A stretch of DNA of 64,000 nucleotides from Paracoccaceae bacterium (GTDB lineage: Bacteria; Pseudomonadota; Alphaproteobacteria; Rhodobacterales; Rhodobacteraceae). Position 1 is the stretch's first letter. Each line of letters begins with the position of its first letter. Shown in pieces: positions 48,856-59,738 of the stretch. The position numbers were made by a program, and so were the translations under genes. Where the stretch lies: positions 5,003-69,002 of the forward strand of contig JAUZRU010000003.1 in assembly GCA_030950185.1 (NCBI GenBank), in the 5' to 3' direction. The notes under the pieces are model-generated. The model did not search any database. It saw nothing but the letters and a program-made list of their open reading frames with translations, and was not told the origin of the DNA.

Positions 48856-49379
48856 GCACCTCAGTCAACACGGCGGGCGCCGACAAGGAAGTTGCCACCG
48901 CCGCGCTGTCGGCCGAGCTGCAGGACAAGGGTTTCCTGCTGACCTCGACCGAGGACATCATCAACTGGGCCCGCACCGGCAGCCTGCACTGGATGACCTT
49001 TGGTCTGGCCTGCTGCGCGGTCGAGATGATGCAGGCCTCGATGCCGCGCTATGACCTGGAACGCTACGGCACCGCGCCGCGCGCCAGCCCGCGCCAGTCG
49101 GATCTGATGATCGTGGCCGGCACGCTGACCAACAAGATGGCCCCGGCGCTGCGCAAGGTCTATGACCAGATGCCCGAGCCGCGCTATGTCATCTCGATGG
49201 GATCCTGCGCCAATGGCGGCGGGTATTACCACTACAGCTATTCCGTGGTGCGTGGCTGCGACCGGATCGTGCCGGTGGATGTCTATGTGCCCGGCTGCCC
49301 GCCGACGGCCGAGGCGCTGATGTATGGCCTGCTGCAGCTGCAGCGCAAGATCCGCCGCACGGGGACGATTACCCGCTAG
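48846..49379 (+). CDS. nuoB: NADH-quinone oxidoreductase subunit B
   Basis: N2 cluster ligand motifs [19 protein letters not shown] and GCPP. The start overlaps nuoA by 10 nt. Confidence 0.95.
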   Translation: MGVSTSVNTAGADKEVATAALSAELQDKGFLLTSTEDIINWARTGSLHWMTFGLACCAVEMMQASMPRYDLERYGTAPRASPRQSDLMIVAGTLTNKMAPALRKVYDQMPEPRYVISMGSCANGGGYYHYSYSVVRGCDRIVPVDVYVPGCPPTAEALMYGLLQLQRKIRRTGTITR

Positions 49380-49393
49380 CAAGGGAAAACAAC

Positions 49394-50002
49394 ATGAGCG
49401 AAGCTCTGAAACAACTGGCCGGACTGATCGAGGAAAAGCAGGCCGATGCGGTCATTTCCACGCAGGTCACCCATGGCGAGCTGACCGTGGTTGTCGCGCT
49501 GAACGCGATCCCGGATTTCGTCAATTTCCTCAAATGTGACCGCGAGTGTCTGTTTTCCACGCTGGTGGATATTACGGCGGTCGATTACCCGGGGCGCGAA
49601 AAGCGGTTCGATGTGGTCTATCATTTCCTATCGATGTACCAGAACCACCGCATCAGGGTGAAGGCCAGCCTGCGCGAAGATGAACATGTGCCCTCGATCA
49701 CCTCGATCCACCCGTCGGCCGGCTGGTTCGAGCGCGAAGTCTTTGACATGTATGGCATCCTGTTCTCGGGCCACCCCGATCTGCGCCGCCTGCTGACGGA
49801 TTACGGCTTTCGCGGCCACCCGCTGCGCAAGGATTTCCCGACCACCGGCTATACCGAAGTGCGCTATGACGACAAGGAAAAGCGGGTGATCTACGAACCC
49901 GTTTCCCTGATCCAGGAATATCGGCAGTTCGATTTCATGTCGCCATGGGAGGGTGCGCAATACATCCTGCCGGGCGATGAAAAAGGCGAAGGGGCGGAAT
50001 GA
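49394..50002 (+). CDS. nuoC: NADH-quinone oxidoreductase subunit C
   Basis: 202 aa. 30-kDa subunit motifs [21 protein letters not shown]. Confidence 0.95.
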   Translation: MSEALKQLAGLIEEKQADAVISTQVTHGELTVVVALNAIPDFVNFLKCDRECLFSTLVDITAVDYPGREKRFDVVYHFLSMYQNHRIRVKASLREDEHVPSITSIHPSAGWFEREVFDMYGILFSGHPDLRRLLTDYGFRGHPLRKDFPTTGYTEVRYDDKEKRVIYEPVSLIQEYRQFDFMSPWEGAQYILPGDEKGEGAE

Positions 50003-51210
50003 TGGACAGCAAGTTTGACGACGTTCTGACCGGCGAACAGAAGATCCGCAACTTCAACATCAACTTTGGCCCCCAGCACCCGGCGGCGCATGGCGTGCTG
50101 CGCATGGTGCTGGAGCTTGACGGCGAGGTTGTCGAGCGTGCCGACCCGCATATCGGCCTGTTGCATCGCGGCACCGAAAAGCTGATGGAAAGCCGCACCT
50201 ATTTGCAGAACCTGCCCTATTTCGACCGGCTCGATTACGTCGCGCCGATGAACCAGGAACATGCCTGGTGCCTGGCGATCGAACGCCTCTGCGGCATCGA
50301 GATCCCCCGCCGCGCCAGCCTGATCCGGGTGTTGTATTCCGAAATCGGGCGTGTCCTGAACCACCTGCTGAACGTGACCACGCAGGCCATGGATGTGGGG
50401 GCGCTGACGCCGCCACTATGGGGGTTCGAGGAACGCGAAAAGCTGATGATCTTTTACGAGCGCGCCAGCGGGGCGCGCCTGCACTCGGCCTATTTTCGCC
50501 CTGGTGGCGTGCATCAGGATCTGCCGCAGGATCTGCTTGACGATATCTGGGCCTGGACCGGCACCTTCCCCGAGATCCTGGACGACATCGACGGGCTGTT
50601 GACCGAAAACCGCATCTTCAAGCAGCGCAATGTCGGCATCGCCGTGGTCAGCGAACAAGAGGCGCTGGACTGGGGCTTTTCGGGCGTGATGGTGCGCGGT
50701 TCCGGCATGGCCTGGGATCTGCGCCGCGCGCAGCCCTATGAGTGCTATGACGAATTCGACTTCCAGATCCCGGTCGGCAAGCATGGCGACTGCTATGACC
50801 GTTATCTGGTGCGGATGGCCGAGATGCGCGAAAGCGTCAAGATCATCCGTCAGGCGATCGAAAAGCTGGCAAACGAGCCGGGCGACGTGCTGGTGCGCGG
50901 CAAATTCACGCCCCCGCGCCGCGGCGAGATGAAAACCTCGATGGAGGCTTTGATCCATCACTTCAAGCTGTATACCGAGGGCTTCCATGTGCCCGCCGGC
51001 GAGATCTATGCCGCGGTCGAGGCGCCCAAGGGCGAATTCGGCGTGTATCTGGTCGCCGATGGCACCAACAAGCCCTACAAGGCCAAGATTCGCGCGCCGG
51101 GTTATCCGCACCTGCAGGCGATGGATCACCTCGCCAGGGGGCATATGCTGGCCGATGTCGCGGCCATCATCGGCTCGCTTGATGTCGTGTTCGGGGAAAT
51201 CGACCGATGA
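49999..51210 (+). CDS. nuoD: NADH-quinone oxidoreductase subunit D
   Basis: 403 aa. 49-kDa subunit motifs [14 protein letters not shown] and HRGTEKL. ATGA overlap with nuoC. Confidence 0.96.
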   Translation: MMDSKFDDVLTGEQKIRNFNINFGPQHPAAHGVLRMVLELDGEVVERADPHIGLLHRGTEKLMESRTYLQNLPYFDRLDYVAPMNQEHAWCLAIERLCGIEIPRRASLIRVLYSEIGRVLNHLLNVTTQAMDVGALTPPLWGFEEREKLMIFYERASGARLHSAYFRPGGVHQDLPQDLLDDIWAWTGTFPEILDDIDGLLTENRIFKQRNVGIAVVSEQEALDWGFSGVMVRGSGMAWDLRRAQPYECYDEFDFQIPVGKHGDCYDRYLVRMAEMRESVKIIRQAIEKLANEPGDVLVRGKFTPPRRGEMKTSMEALIHHFKLYTEGFHVPAGEIYAAVEAPKGEFGVYLVADGTNKPYKAKIRAPGYPHLQAMDHLARGHMLADVAAIIGSLDVVFGEIDR

Positions 51211-51225
51211 TCATGTCCTGCCCCG

Positions 51226-51246
51226 TTCTTCTTTGCTCAAATACTC
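51226..51246 (+). repeat. Dispersed 21-bp intergenic repeat, copy 8 (TTCTTCTTTGCTCAAATACTC)
   Basis: Lies in the 98-nt nuoD-nuoE spacer, 15 nt after the nuoD stop. Confidence 0.85.
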
Positions 51247-51308
51247 CCGCCGGAGGCGCTGGCGCCAGCCATGTTCGCGCCCGGTCGTTGTCGAAGGAAA
51301 ACCGATAG

Positions 51309-52316
51309 ATGCTTCGCCGTCTTCATGCCGACCAGCCCGACAGTTTCGCCTTTACGCCTGCCAATCTGGAATGGGCAAAGGCGCAGATCTCCAAATATCC
51401 CGAGGGCCGCGCCGCCTCTGCGGTGATCCCGCTCTTGTGGCGTGCGCAGGAACAAGAGGGCTGGCTGACCCGGCCCGCGATCGAATATGTGGCCGACATG
51501 CTGGGCATGGCTTACATTCGCGCGCTAGAGGTTGCGACCTTCTATTTCATGTTCCAGCTGCACCCGGTCGGCTCGGTCGCCCATGTGCAGGTTTGCGGCA
51601 CGTTGTCCTGCATGATCTGCGGGGCCGAGGATCTGATCGGTGTGCTGAAAGAGGAAATCGCGCCCGAGCCGTTCCAGCTGTCGCCCGACGGCAAGTTCAG
51701 CTGGGAAGAGGTCGAATGCCTCGGCGCCTGCGCCAACGCGCCCATGGTGCAGATCGGCAAGGATTATTACGAGGATCTGACTGCCGACAAGCTGCGCGAG
51801 ATCCTGGCCGCCTTTGCCCGTGGCGAAGTGCCCGTTCCGGGCCCGCAAAACGGGCGCTATGCGGCCGAGCCCCTGTCGGGGCTGACCAGCCTGAAAGAAC
51901 ATGAAAAGGGCCGCGAGGCGCATAACGCGTCGGTCGCACGCGCCGTGGCGCTGGGCGATACCGTCAAGCGCATCCAGGGCGACGAGGTGCCGGTGCTGAC
52001 GCCGCGCAAGGCAACATCGGGTGGTGCAGTGAAGAGCGCCCCGAAAAAGGATGCGAAAAAGGCGGGGGCGACCGAGGGCAGCAAGCCCGCCACGCTGGAT
52101 GCACCGCGCAATGGCAAGGCGGATGACCTGAAAAAGATCAAGGGTCTGGGTCCGGCGCTTGAAAAAACCCTGAACGGGCTGGGCATCTGGCATTACGACC
52201 AGATCGCCAGCTGGAGCGATGCCGAACTTGCGTGGATCGACGCCAATCTTGGCCGTTTCAAGGGCAAGGCCAGTCGCGATGGATGGGTCGCGCAGGCCAG
52301 GGCGCTGATGGGCTAA
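51309..52316 (+). CDS. nuoE: NADH-quinone oxidoreductase subunit E with a long C-terminal extension
   Basis: N-terminal ~190 aa is a canonical 24-kDa subunit (2Fe-2S ligands in [11 protein letters not shown] and [10 protein letters not shown]). The remaining ~140 aa is a K/A-rich linker plus a helix-hairpin-helix-like module, [31 protein letters not shown]. Confidence 0.93.
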   Translation: MLRRLHADQPDSFAFTPANLEWAKAQISKYPEGRAASAVIPLLWRAQEQEGWLTRPAIEYVADMLGMAYIRALEVATFYFMFQLHPVGSVAHVQVCGTLSCMICGAEDLIGVLKEEIAPEPFQLSPDGKFSWEEVECLGACANAPMVQIGKDYYEDLTADKLREILAAFARGEVPVPGPQNGRYAAEPLSGLTSLKEHEKGREAHNASVARAVALGDTVKRIQGDEVPVLTPRKATSGGAVKSAPKKDAKKAGATEGSKPATLDAPRNGKADDLKKIKGLGPALEKTLNGLGIWHYDQIASWSDAELAWIDANLGRFKGKASRDGWVAQARALMG

Positions 52317-52346
52317 CCGATTGCGGGCAGGGCTTTCCCTCCCGCC

Positions 52347-53315
52347 ATGACAAAGGAGCGACATGTGGTCGTGACGGCCGAAAATACCAACCGCGGGGGC
52401 CTGTGCAGGTCTTTGTGCTGGCTGACCGGGATCACCCTGGGCGGGGCTTCCGCCTGGGCGCTGGTCTCGGATTTCGGCGTTGGCAGGCTGTCGTCCGCGG
52501 TGGTCGGGGCTGTCGTCGCGGTGCTTCTTTCCGTCACGCTGCGCGCGATCCTGTGCCGCGGCCACAAGGACCGTGTCGCCATCCGCCGCGAAGAGGCCCG
52601 GCGCCGGCAGCTCGCCCGCGAGGTGATCGCAGGTTACGAAAGGCACAGCCCGATCGGTGGTGTTCCGGCCCCGGATGCGGCCGCTGTCAATGACGAACTC
52701 GATGAAAGGCTGAAGGCAGAGGCCGATCGGATCAAGGCCGACGGCACCGACGCGCCCGCCGAAACCGCTGAACCCGAAGGGGCCGAGGTCGCCGAAAACA
52801 CGGGCGAGCCTGCACCGAACCCCGCCGAGCCATCGGTCGAGGCGCCAAGCGTCGAGGAAAAGCTTGCCGAAATCGCCGAGGCGATCAAATCCGAGCTTGG
52901 CGAAACAGATGCTGATCCGAAAGAGGATAGCGCGGAATCCACGCCCGAAGCGCCCTCTGCACCGGCACCGTCCGACGACACCATGCTGCTGACCCAGCCG
53001 ATCCTCGCCGGTTCGACAGACAAGACCGCGCCCACAGCGCAGGACGCACTGTCCGTCGAAGTCGCGCCCTCGCGCCCCAAGGGCCTTGAAACCCCGCGCG
53101 AAGAGGGGGCCGACCGGCTGGTGCGTATCGACGGGCTGTCGGAAATCCACGAGGCCGAACTCAACGCTGCCGGAATATTCCATTTCGACCAGCTGGCCGC
53201 CATGAACAAGCGCGAGCTTGCCTGGCTGGACACGAGCATCATCAAGGATGGCTCTACCGGCGCCGCACAGTGGCGCAAGCAGGCCATCGCTCTTGCGCAG
53301 AAGAAACAGAAATGA
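52347..53315 (+). CDS. Hypothetical membrane-anchored protein; C-terminus paralogous to the NuoE extension
   Basis: N-terminal TM helices, an acidic P/E/A-rich low-complexity middle, and C-terminal DRLVRIDGLSEIHEAELNAAGIFHFDQLAAMNKRELAWLD matching the NuoE tail. An alternative GTG start at 52365 lies 6 nt after AAGGAG. Confidence 0.6.
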   Translation: MTKERHVVVTAENTNRGGLCRSLCWLTGITLGGASAWALVSDFGVGRLSSAVVGAVVAVLLSVTLRAILCRGHKDRVAIRREEARRRQLAREVIAGYERHSPIGGVPAPDAAAVNDELDERLKAEADRIKADGTDAPAETAEPEGAEVAENTGEPAPNPAEPSVEAPSVEEKLAEIAEAIKSELGETDADPKEDSAESTPEAPSAPAPSDDTMLLTQPILAGSTDKTAPTAQDALSVEVAPSRPKGLETPREEGADRLVRIDGLSEIHEAELNAAGIFHFDQLAAMNKRELAWLDTSIIKDGSTGAAQWRKQAIALAQKKQK

Positions 53316-53361
53316 CCGGTCGCAAGGCCGTAAACCGAACGGGAAAGACGAACAGAACGAC

Positions 53362-53595
53362 ATGAAGAACCGCGCGAACATCGAAACCCGCCGCTCCATA
53401 AGCTGGCTGATCGCCCTTGTGGCGGGCGTGGCGCTGGCCGTTGTGCTGGTGCGCCAGGGTATTGCCGGGCCAGGCCTGGCCGTTCCCGCGGGGATCGCGA
53501 TGTTCTTTACCGTGGCTTTCTGGCTGATCCGGCTGTTCTGCATGCCGGCCGAGCTTGCCGCGATCGAGGACATGAAAAAGGAACACACGGCGTGA
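53362..53595 (+). CDS. Small hypothetical membrane protein (2 TM, 77 aa)
   Basis: Starts MKNRANIETRRSISWLIALVAGVALAVVLV and includes ...GIAMFFTVAFWLIRLF. Lies inside the nuo operon. The ORF-track extension to 53218 overlaps the previous CDS. Confidence 0.5.
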   Translation: MKNRANIETRRSISWLIALVAGVALAVVLVRQGIAGPGLAVPAGIAMFFTVAFWLIRLFCMPAELAAIEDMKKEHTA

Positions 53596-53843
53596 TGCTT
53601 GCGCCGGCAACGAATATGGGGGCCCTGGTGGACAGGAACGATCAGCAGAAACAGACGCGTCTGGCCGCGATCGTCATTCTTGTCACCTTTCCGGCATGGA
53701 TGGGGGTCTCGTGGCTTGGCGGCAAGATGGGCTGGGAGCCGCGCTATGCCATCTTGGCCGATCTGGCCGCCCTGGCTGCGCTCTTCTGGGCGATGGTCGT
53801 ATTGTTTCAGATCTGGCGCGCGCGCCAGCGGGATGAGGAATGA
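53595..53843 (+). CDS. Small hypothetical membrane protein (2 TM, 82 aa)
   Basis: Reads [40 protein letters not shown]...[18 protein letters not shown]. The ATG overlaps the preceding stop (TGATG) and the gene ends 4 nt before nuoF. From memory it resembles a DUF found in Rhodobacteraceae nuo operons; this was not verified. Confidence 0.55.
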   Translation: MLAPATNMGALVDRNDQQKQTRLAAIVILVTFPAWMGVSWLGGKMGWEPRYAILADLAALAALFWAMVVLFQIWRARQRDEE

Positions 53844-53847
53844 CAGG

Positions 53848-55137
53848 ATGCTGAAAGATCAGGACCGGATCTTTACCAACCTCTACGGGATGCACGAGCG
53901 CACGCTTGCGGGTGCGCGCAAGCGCGGCCACTGGGACGGCACCGGCGCCATCATCAAGAAGGGGCAGGACTGGATCATCGAACAGGTCAAGGCCAGCGGT
54001 CTGCGCGGCCGTGGCGGTGCGGGCTTTCCGACCGGCCTGAAATGGTCGTTCATGCCCAAGCAAAGCGACGGTCGGCCCAGCTATCTGGTCATCAATGCCG
54101 ACGAATCCGAACCCGGCACCTGCAAGGACCGGGAAATCATGCGCCACGATCCGCATACGCTGATCGAGGGCGCGCTGATCGCGAGTTTCGCCATGGGGGC
54201 GCATGCGGCCTATATCTATATCCGCGGCGAGTTCATCCGCGAGCGCGAGGCCCTGCAGGCCGCCATCGACGAATGCTATGACGCCGGGCTGCTGGGCAAG
54301 AACGCCGCCGGCTCGGGCTGGGATTTCGACCTTTATCTGCATCACGGTGCCGGCGCCTATATCTGCGGCGAGGAAACCGCGTTGCTGGAAAGCCTGGAAG
54401 GCAAGAAAGGCATGCCGCGCCTCAAGCCGCCTTTCCCGGCAGGGGCGGGGCTGTATGGTTGCCCGACCACGGTCAACAATGTCGAAAGCATCGCGGTCGT
54501 GCCCACCATCCTGCGGCGTGGCGCCGACTGGTTTGCCGGTTTCGGCCGTCCCAACAACGCGGGCACCAAGCTGTTTGCCATCTCGGGCCACGTCAACAAC
54601 CCCTGCGTTGTCGAAGAGGAAATGTCGATTTCCTTCGAAGAGCTGATCGAAAAGCATTGTGGCGGCATTCGCGGCGGCTGGGACAATCTCAAGGCGGTCA
54701 TTCCGGGCGGCTCTTCCGTGCCGCTGCTGCCGGCCGATATCGCCCGCGAGGCGATCATGGATTTCGACTGGCTGCGCGAGCAGCGCTCGGGCCTTGGCAC
54801 CGCCGCGGTGATCGTGATGGACCAGTCAGTCGATATCATCAAGGCGATCTGGCGGCTGTCGGCCTTTTACAAGCACGAAAGCTGTGGCCAGTGCACACCG
54901 TGCCGCGAAGGCACCGGCTGGATGATGCGCCTGATGGAACGTCTGGTGACGGGCGACGCGGAAATCGAGGAAATCGACATGCTGCTGGATGTGACCAAGC
55001 AGGTCGAGGGCCACACCATCTGCGCCCTTGGCGATGCCGCTGCCTGGCCGATCCAGGGGGTTGTGCGCCACTTCCGCGACGAAATCGAAGACCGCATCCG
55101 CGCCCGCAAGGCGGGCCGCGCGATGGCTGCGGAATAG
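53848..55137 (+). CDS. nuoF: NADH-quinone oxidoreductase subunit F
   Basis: 429 aa from [21 protein letters not shown] site [15 protein letters not shown] and 4Fe-4S motif [12 protein letters not shown]. Confidence 0.96.
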   Translation: MLKDQDRIFTNLYGMHERTLAGARKRGHWDGTGAIIKKGQDWIIEQVKASGLRGRGGAGFPTGLKWSFMPKQSDGRPSYLVINADESEPGTCKDREIMRHDPHTLIEGALIASFAMGAHAAYIYIRGEFIREREALQAAIDECYDAGLLGKNAAGSGWDFDLYLHHGAGAYICGEETALLESLEGKKGMPRLKPPFPAGAGLYGCPTTVNNVESIAVVPTILRRGADWFAGFGRPNNAGTKLFAISGHVNNPCVVEEEMSISFEELIEKHCGGIRGGWDNLKAVIPGGSSVPLLPADIAREAIMDFDWLREQRSGLGTAAVIVMDQSVDIIKAIWRLSAFYKHESCGQCTPCREGTGWMMRLMERLVTGDAEIEEIDMLLDVTKQVEGHTICALGDAAAWPIQGVVRHFRDEIEDRIRARKAGRAMAAE

Positions 55138-55146
55138 GGGGCCGAC

Positions 55147-55605
55147 ATGAAACCCGGCATCGTGACAGCAGCAGGGGCAGGCAGGGCGCGCAGGGCGTTG
55201 CTGACGGTCGTGCTTGTCGTTGTCACGGCCCTGTCGGCGGTTTCGGCAAACCCGGTTCTGGCCAAGGAAGGGCTGGCGAAGGAAAAGGACATATTCGACC
55301 GTCTGGTTCTGGGTGCAGTCGTGTCCGAGATCTATACGAAATGCGACCGCATCGCACCGCGCAAGCTGCGGGCCTTCTTTTTCGTGATGGGAACGCTGAA
55401 CATGGCGCGTAACCGCGGCTATTCGAAACAGGATATCGACCGTTTCCGCAGCGATCCCGCCCAGCAGAAACGCCTGCGCCGCGAGGCCGAGGCAGTGTTG
55501 AAAAAGCATGGTGTGAAATTCGACGACCCCGAAAGCTATTGCACGGCAGGGTTTGCCGAAATCGAAAAGAAAAGCGACATCGGTTACTACCTGCAACCGG
55601 AATGA
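55147..55605 (+). CDS. Hypothetical secreted protein (152 aa) between nuoF and nuoG
   Basis: Signal-peptide-like N-terminus ([25 protein letters not shown]), two Cys residues, and no recognisable motif. Confidence 0.55.
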   Translation: MKPGIVTAAGAGRARRALLTVVLVVVTALSAVSANPVLAKEGLAKEKDIFDRLVLGAVVSEIYTKCDRIAPRKLRAFFFVMGTLNMARNRGYSKQDIDRFRSDPAQQKRLRREAEAVLKKHGVKFDDPESYCTAGFAEIEKKSDIGYYLQPE

Positions 55606-55654
55606 ACAGGAACAAGGCCGGGCGCCGAGGCGCCGACGACAAGGACATGATGGA

Positions 55655-57673
55655 ATGACTGACTTGAGAAAAATCATCATCGACGGGGCCGAGATCGAGG
55701 TCGATCCCGCCATGACCATCCTGCAGGCCTGCGAGGTTGCCGAAATCGAGGTGCCGCGTTTCTGCTATCACGAGCGCCTGTCCATTGCCGGCAATTGCCG
55801 CATGTGTCTGGTCGAGGTTGTCGGTGGTCCCCCCAAGCCCACAGCCAGCTGCGCCATGCAGGTGCGTGACCTGCGTCCCGGCCCGAATGGCGAGCCGCCC
55901 GAGATCAAGACCAAATCGCCCATGGTGCGCAAGGCGCGCGAAGGGGTGATGGAATTCCTGCTGATCAATCATCCGCTTGATTGCCCGATCTGCGATCAGG
56001 GCGGCGAATGCGACCTCCAGGATCAGGCCATCGCCTATGGTGTCGATTTCAGTCGCTATCGCGAACCCAAGCGCGCGGTTGATGATCTGGACCTCGGCCC
56101 GCTGGTGGCCACGCAGATGACGCGCTGCATTTCCTGCACCCGCTGCGTGCGCTTCACGACCGAGGTTGCGGGCATGACGCTGATGGGCCAGACCGGCCGC
56201 GGCGAAGACGCCGAGATCACCACCTATCTTGGCCAGACGCTTGACAGCGAATTGCAGGGCAACATCATCGATCTGTGCCCGGTCGGCGCGCTGACCAGCA
56301 AGCCCTATGCCTTTACCGCCCGCCCGTGGGAGCTGCGCAAGACCGAAACCATTGATGTGATGGACGCGCTTGGCAGCAATATCCGCGTCGATTGCAAGGG
56401 CCGCGAGGTCAAACGTATCGTGCCGCGCAACCATGACGGCGTGAACGAGGAATGGATTTCCGACAAGACCCGCTTTATCTGGGACGGCCTGCGTCGCCAG
56501 CGCCTTGACCAGCCCTATATCCGCGTTGATGGCAAGCTGCGCCCGGCCACCTGGCCCGAGGCGCTGTCGGCTGCGGCCAAGGCACTGAGCGGCGCGAAAA
56601 AACCCGTCGGTTTGGTCGGCGACCTGGCCCCGGTCGAAGCTGCATTTTCGTTGAAACAGCTTGTTCAGGGGCTGGGCGGCCCTGTGGAATGTCGCGTCGA
56701 TCGCGCCAAGCTGCCCGCCGGCAACCGCGCCGGCTATGTCGGCACCGCCCGTATCGAGGATATTGATAACGCGCAGATGATCCAGCTGGTCGGCACCAAC
56801 CCGCGCCTTGAGGCGCCGGTGCTGAACGCCCGCATCCGCAAGGCCTGGCTGAACGGCGCCGATGTGGGCCTTGTCGGCGAGGCGGCGGACCTGACCTATG
56901 ATTATTCCCATTTCGGCACCGACCGTGCGGCGCTTGAAAGCCTGCTGGACAAGGATTTCGGCAAGGTTCTGGATGTGCCGTCGATCGTCATCATCGGCCA
57001 GGGCGCGTTGATGGAAGATGACGGCGAGGCGGTTTTGACGGCGGCGATGAAGCTGGCCGAAAAGACCGGCTCGAAATTCATGGTGCTGCATACGGCTGCT
57101 GCCCGTGTCGGTGCCATGGATGTCGGCGCCACGACCGAGGGCGGGCTGGACGCTGCCCTTGAAGGCGCCGATGTCGTCTATGCGCTGGGTGTCGATGAAA
57201 CCGATATCCCCGAGGGGCCTTTCGTGATCTATCAGGGCAGCCATGGCGACCGTGGTGCGCACCGCGCCGATGTGATCCTGCCCGGCGCCGCCTATACCGA
57301 GGAAGATGGCCTGTTCGTCAACACCGAGGGGCGGCCGCAGCTGGCGTTGCGCGCCGCGTTCCCGCCGGGCGAGGCCAAGGAAAACTGGGCCATCCTGCGC
57401 GCGATTTCGGGCGAGATGGGCGCGGCATTGCCCTGGAACACCATGAACGAGCTGCGCGCCGCGCTGTTCGGGCAAGTGCCGCATCTGCGCGAAATCGACA
57501 TGGTTGCCGAAAACGACTGGTCGATCCCGGATGCCGGCAAGATGGCCAAGGGCCGTTTCGTGCAGGCGGTTCAGGATTTCTACCTGACCAACCCGATCGC
57601 GCGCGCCTCCGAAATCATGGCCGAGCTGTCGGCGGGCGCGGCCGCGCGCCGTCAGAACATGGCTGCGGAGTAG
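55655..57673 (+). CDS. nuoG: NADH-quinone oxidoreductase subunit G
   Basis: 672 aa from [11 protein letters not shown]. 2Fe-2S and 4Fe-4S motifs [33 protein letters not shown] and [10 protein letters not shown]. Confidence 0.96.
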   Translation: MTDLRKIIIDGAEIEVDPAMTILQACEVAEIEVPRFCYHERLSIAGNCRMCLVEVVGGPPKPTASCAMQVRDLRPGPNGEPPEIKTKSPMVRKAREGVMEFLLINHPLDCPICDQGGECDLQDQAIAYGVDFSRYREPKRAVDDLDLGPLVATQMTRCISCTRCVRFTTEVAGMTLMGQTGRGEDAEITTYLGQTLDSELQGNIIDLCPVGALTSKPYAFTARPWELRKTETIDVMDALGSNIRVDCKGREVKRIVPRNHDGVNEEWISDKTRFIWDGLRRQRLDQPYIRVDGKLRPATWPEALSAAAKALSGAKKPVGLVGDLAPVEAAFSLKQLVQGLGGPVECRVDRAKLPAGNRAGYVGTARIEDIDNAQMIQLVGTNPRLEAPVLNARIRKAWLNGADVGLVGEAADLTYDYSHFGTDRAALESLLDKDFGKVLDVPSIVIIGQGALMEDDGEAVLTAAMKLAEKTGSKFMVLHTAAARVGAMDVGATTEGGLDAALEGADVVYALGVDETDIPEGPFVIYQGSHGDRGAHRADVILPGAAYTEEDGLFVNTEGRPQLALRAAFPPGEAKENWAILRAISGEMGAALPWNTMNELRAALFGQVPHLREIDMVAENDWSIPDAGKMAKGRFVQAVQDFYLTNPIARASEIMAELSAGAAARRQNMAAE

Positions 57674-57678
57674 AAAAC

Positions 57679-58092
57679 ATGATTCATCAGGCCGCCATCA
57701 GGACCGGATTTTCCCTTGCCCTTCTGGGCGGGGTGTCGGCCTGTGTCGGCACCGATGGGCAAGGGCTGGACCGCAAGGATTTCCATCCCGAGTATCTGGG
57801 GATCGAAACGATCCTGCTGGACGGCGATCTTGTGAATTTCAAGGTCGAGATGCGGGGCGCACGTTCGGTTGCCGATGTGGCCGATTACGCGAAATGTGCG
57901 GCCGCGCAATATGCCCTGATCAGGGGTTACAGTTTCGCGCGCCATGTGCGCACGAATGTCGATGAAAAGGATGGTCTTTGGCGTGGAGATGCGGTTTATA
58001 CCGTTTCGAAAAACCTGCCCCGCGGCAGGCTGACTCTCGACGCCGAGGTGGTCGTGGATAACTGCAAGGCCGACGGGATTCCGACGGTTTGA
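57679..58092 (+). CDS. Hypothetical lipoprotein (137 aa) between nuoG and nuoH
   Basis: Lipobox LLGGVSAC. The gene starts 5 nt after the nuoG stop and ends 14 nt before nuoH. No recognisable domain. Confidence 0.55.
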   Translation: MIHQAAIRTGFSLALLGGVSACVGTDGQGLDRKDFHPEYLGIETILLDGDLVNFKVEMRGARSVADVADYAKCAAAQYALIRGYSFARHVRTNVDEKDGLWRGDAVYTVSKNLPRGRLTLDAEVVVDNCKADGIPTV

Positions 58093-58106
58093 GGATGTGA
58101 AAGCAG

Positions 58107-59147
58107 ATGGCGGATTTTTTCTATAACACCAATCTCGGGATTTTCCTGCTGGTGACGGGCGAGGCCCTGCTGGTGATCGTGCTGCTTCTGGTGGCGCTGG
58201 CCTTCCTGATGTATGCCGACCGCAAGATCTGGGCGGCCGTGCAGATGCGCAAGGGCCCGAATATCGTGGGTGTTTTCGGGCTGCTGCAAAGCTTTGCCGA
58301 CTTCATCAAGTATATCGTCAAGGAAATCATCGTGCCCGCCGGTGCGGACAAGCCGGTCTATTTCCTGGCGCCGATGATCACGCTGGTCTTTCCGCTGATC
58401 GTCTGGGCGGTGATCCCGTTCAACGAGGGCTGGGTCGTTTCCGACATGAATGTCGGCATCCTGTATATCATGGCGGCCAGTTCGCTGGTGGTTTACGGCG
58501 TGATCATGGGGGGCTGGGCGTCCAACTCGAAATACGCGTTCCTGGGCGCGCTGCGGTCGGCCGCGCAGATGATCTCTTACGAGGTGTCGATCGGCCTGAT
58601 CATCATTGGCGTGATCCTGTCCACGGGCAGCCTGAACCTGTCGGACATCGTGCATGCGCAGGATGGCAAATACGGCTTTTTCAGCTGGTACTGGCTGCCG
58701 CAGTTGCCCATGGTGGTGCTGTTCTTTGTCTCGGCGCTGGCAGAAACCAACCGCCCGCCCTTTGACCTGCCCGAGGCCGAATCCGAACTGGTGGCGGGCT
58801 ATCAGGTCGAATATTCCTCGACCCCGTTCCTGCTGTTCATGATCGGCGAGTTGACCGAGGTCGTGTTCATGTGTGCGCTGATCTCGGTGCTGTTCTTTGG
58901 CGGCTGGCTGTCGCCCATTCCGGGGCTGCCCGACGGGATCCTGTGGATGATTGCCAAGATGGCGTTCTTCTTCTTCCTGTTCTCGATGGTCAAGGCGATC
59001 ACGCCGCGTTACCGCTATGACCAGCTGATGCGGCTGGGCTGGAAGGTGTTTCTGCCATTCAGCCTGGGCTGGGTCGTTTTCGTCGCCTTTGCGGCACAAT
59101 TCGGATGGTTCGGTGGCGCCTATGCCCGCTGGGCCGTGGGGGGCTGA
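58107..59147 (+). CDS. nuoH: NADH-quinone oxidoreductase subunit H
   Basis: 346 aa with 8 TM segments. ND1 motifs RKGPNIVG and [20 protein letters not shown]. Confidence 0.96.
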   Translation: MADFFYNTNLGIFLLVTGEALLVIVLLLVALAFLMYADRKIWAAVQMRKGPNIVGVFGLLQSFADFIKYIVKEIIVPAGADKPVYFLAPMITLVFPLIVWAVIPFNEGWVVSDMNVGILYIMAASSLVVYGVIMGGWASNSKYAFLGALRSAAQMISYEVSIGLIIIGVILSTGSLNLSDIVHAQDGKYGFFSWYWLPQLPMVVLFFVSALAETNRPPFDLPEAESELVAGYQVEYSSTPFLLFMIGELTEVVFMCALISVLFFGGWLSPIPGLPDGILWMIAKMAFFFFLFSMVKAITPRYRYDQLMRLGWKVFLPFSLGWVVFVAFAAQFGWFGGAYARWAVGG

Positions 59148-59150
59148 TCG

Positions 59151-59645
59151 ATGGCACAGATCGACTGGACACGCGCAACCAAGTATTTCCTGCTGTGGGA
59201 TTTCATGGTCGGCTTCAAGCTGGGGATGAAATATTTCTTTCGGCCCAAGGCGACGCTGAACTATCCGCATGAAAAGGGCTATCTGTCGCCCCGTTTCCGC
59301 GGCGAACACGCGCTGCGGCGCTATCCCAATGGCGAGGAACGCTGCATCGCCTGCAAGCTGTGCGAGGCGATCTGCCCCGCGCAGGCGATCACCATCGACG
59401 CCGAGCCGCGCGAAGACGGCTCGCGCCGCACGACGCGCTATGACATCGACATGACCAAATGCATCTATTGCGGTTTCTGCCAGGAGGCCTGCCCGGTGGA
59501 TGCCATCGTCGAGGGGCCGAATTTCGAATTCGCGACCGAGACCCGCGAAGAACTTTTCTATGACAAGGAAAAGCTGCTGGAAAACGGTGAAATCTGGGAA
59601 GCCGAGATCGCGCGCAACCTTGAAATGGACGCGCCCTACCGCTGA
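59151..59645 (+). CDS. nuoI: NADH-quinone oxidoreductase subunit I
   Basis: Two ferredoxin-type 4Fe-4S motifs, [12 protein letters not shown] and [12 protein letters not shown]. Confidence 0.96.
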   Translation: MAQIDWTRATKYFLLWDFMVGFKLGMKYFFRPKATLNYPHEKGYLSPRFRGEHALRRYPNGEERCIACKLCEAICPAQAITIDAEPREDGSRRTTRYDIDMTKCIYCGFCQEACPVDAIVEGPNFEFATETREELFYDKEKLLENGEIWEAEIARNLEMDAPYR

Positions 59646-59672
59646 GGCGCGTGCGAAGGGCAACAAATGACA

Positions 59673-59720
59673 GCCCCCGCAAACGGGGGCGCAACGCAAG
59701 AGACCCCGGCGGCGCCGGGG
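59673..59720 (+). other. Two GC-rich hairpins in the nuoI-nuoJ intercistronic spacer
   Basis: GCCCCCG-caaa-CGGGGGC at 59673-59690 and CCCCGGC-ggc-GCCGGGG at 59704-59720. Neither has a U-tract. Confidence 0.4.
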
Positions 59721-59738
59721 CAGAAGGGGACAAGAGCT

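Noticed and set aside
51525-53588. 687-aa ORF antisense to nuoE and the following ORFs
   Set aside because: Antisense artefact. It is low-complexity and Arg-rich, and the sense strand carries NuoE with its Fe-S ligands.
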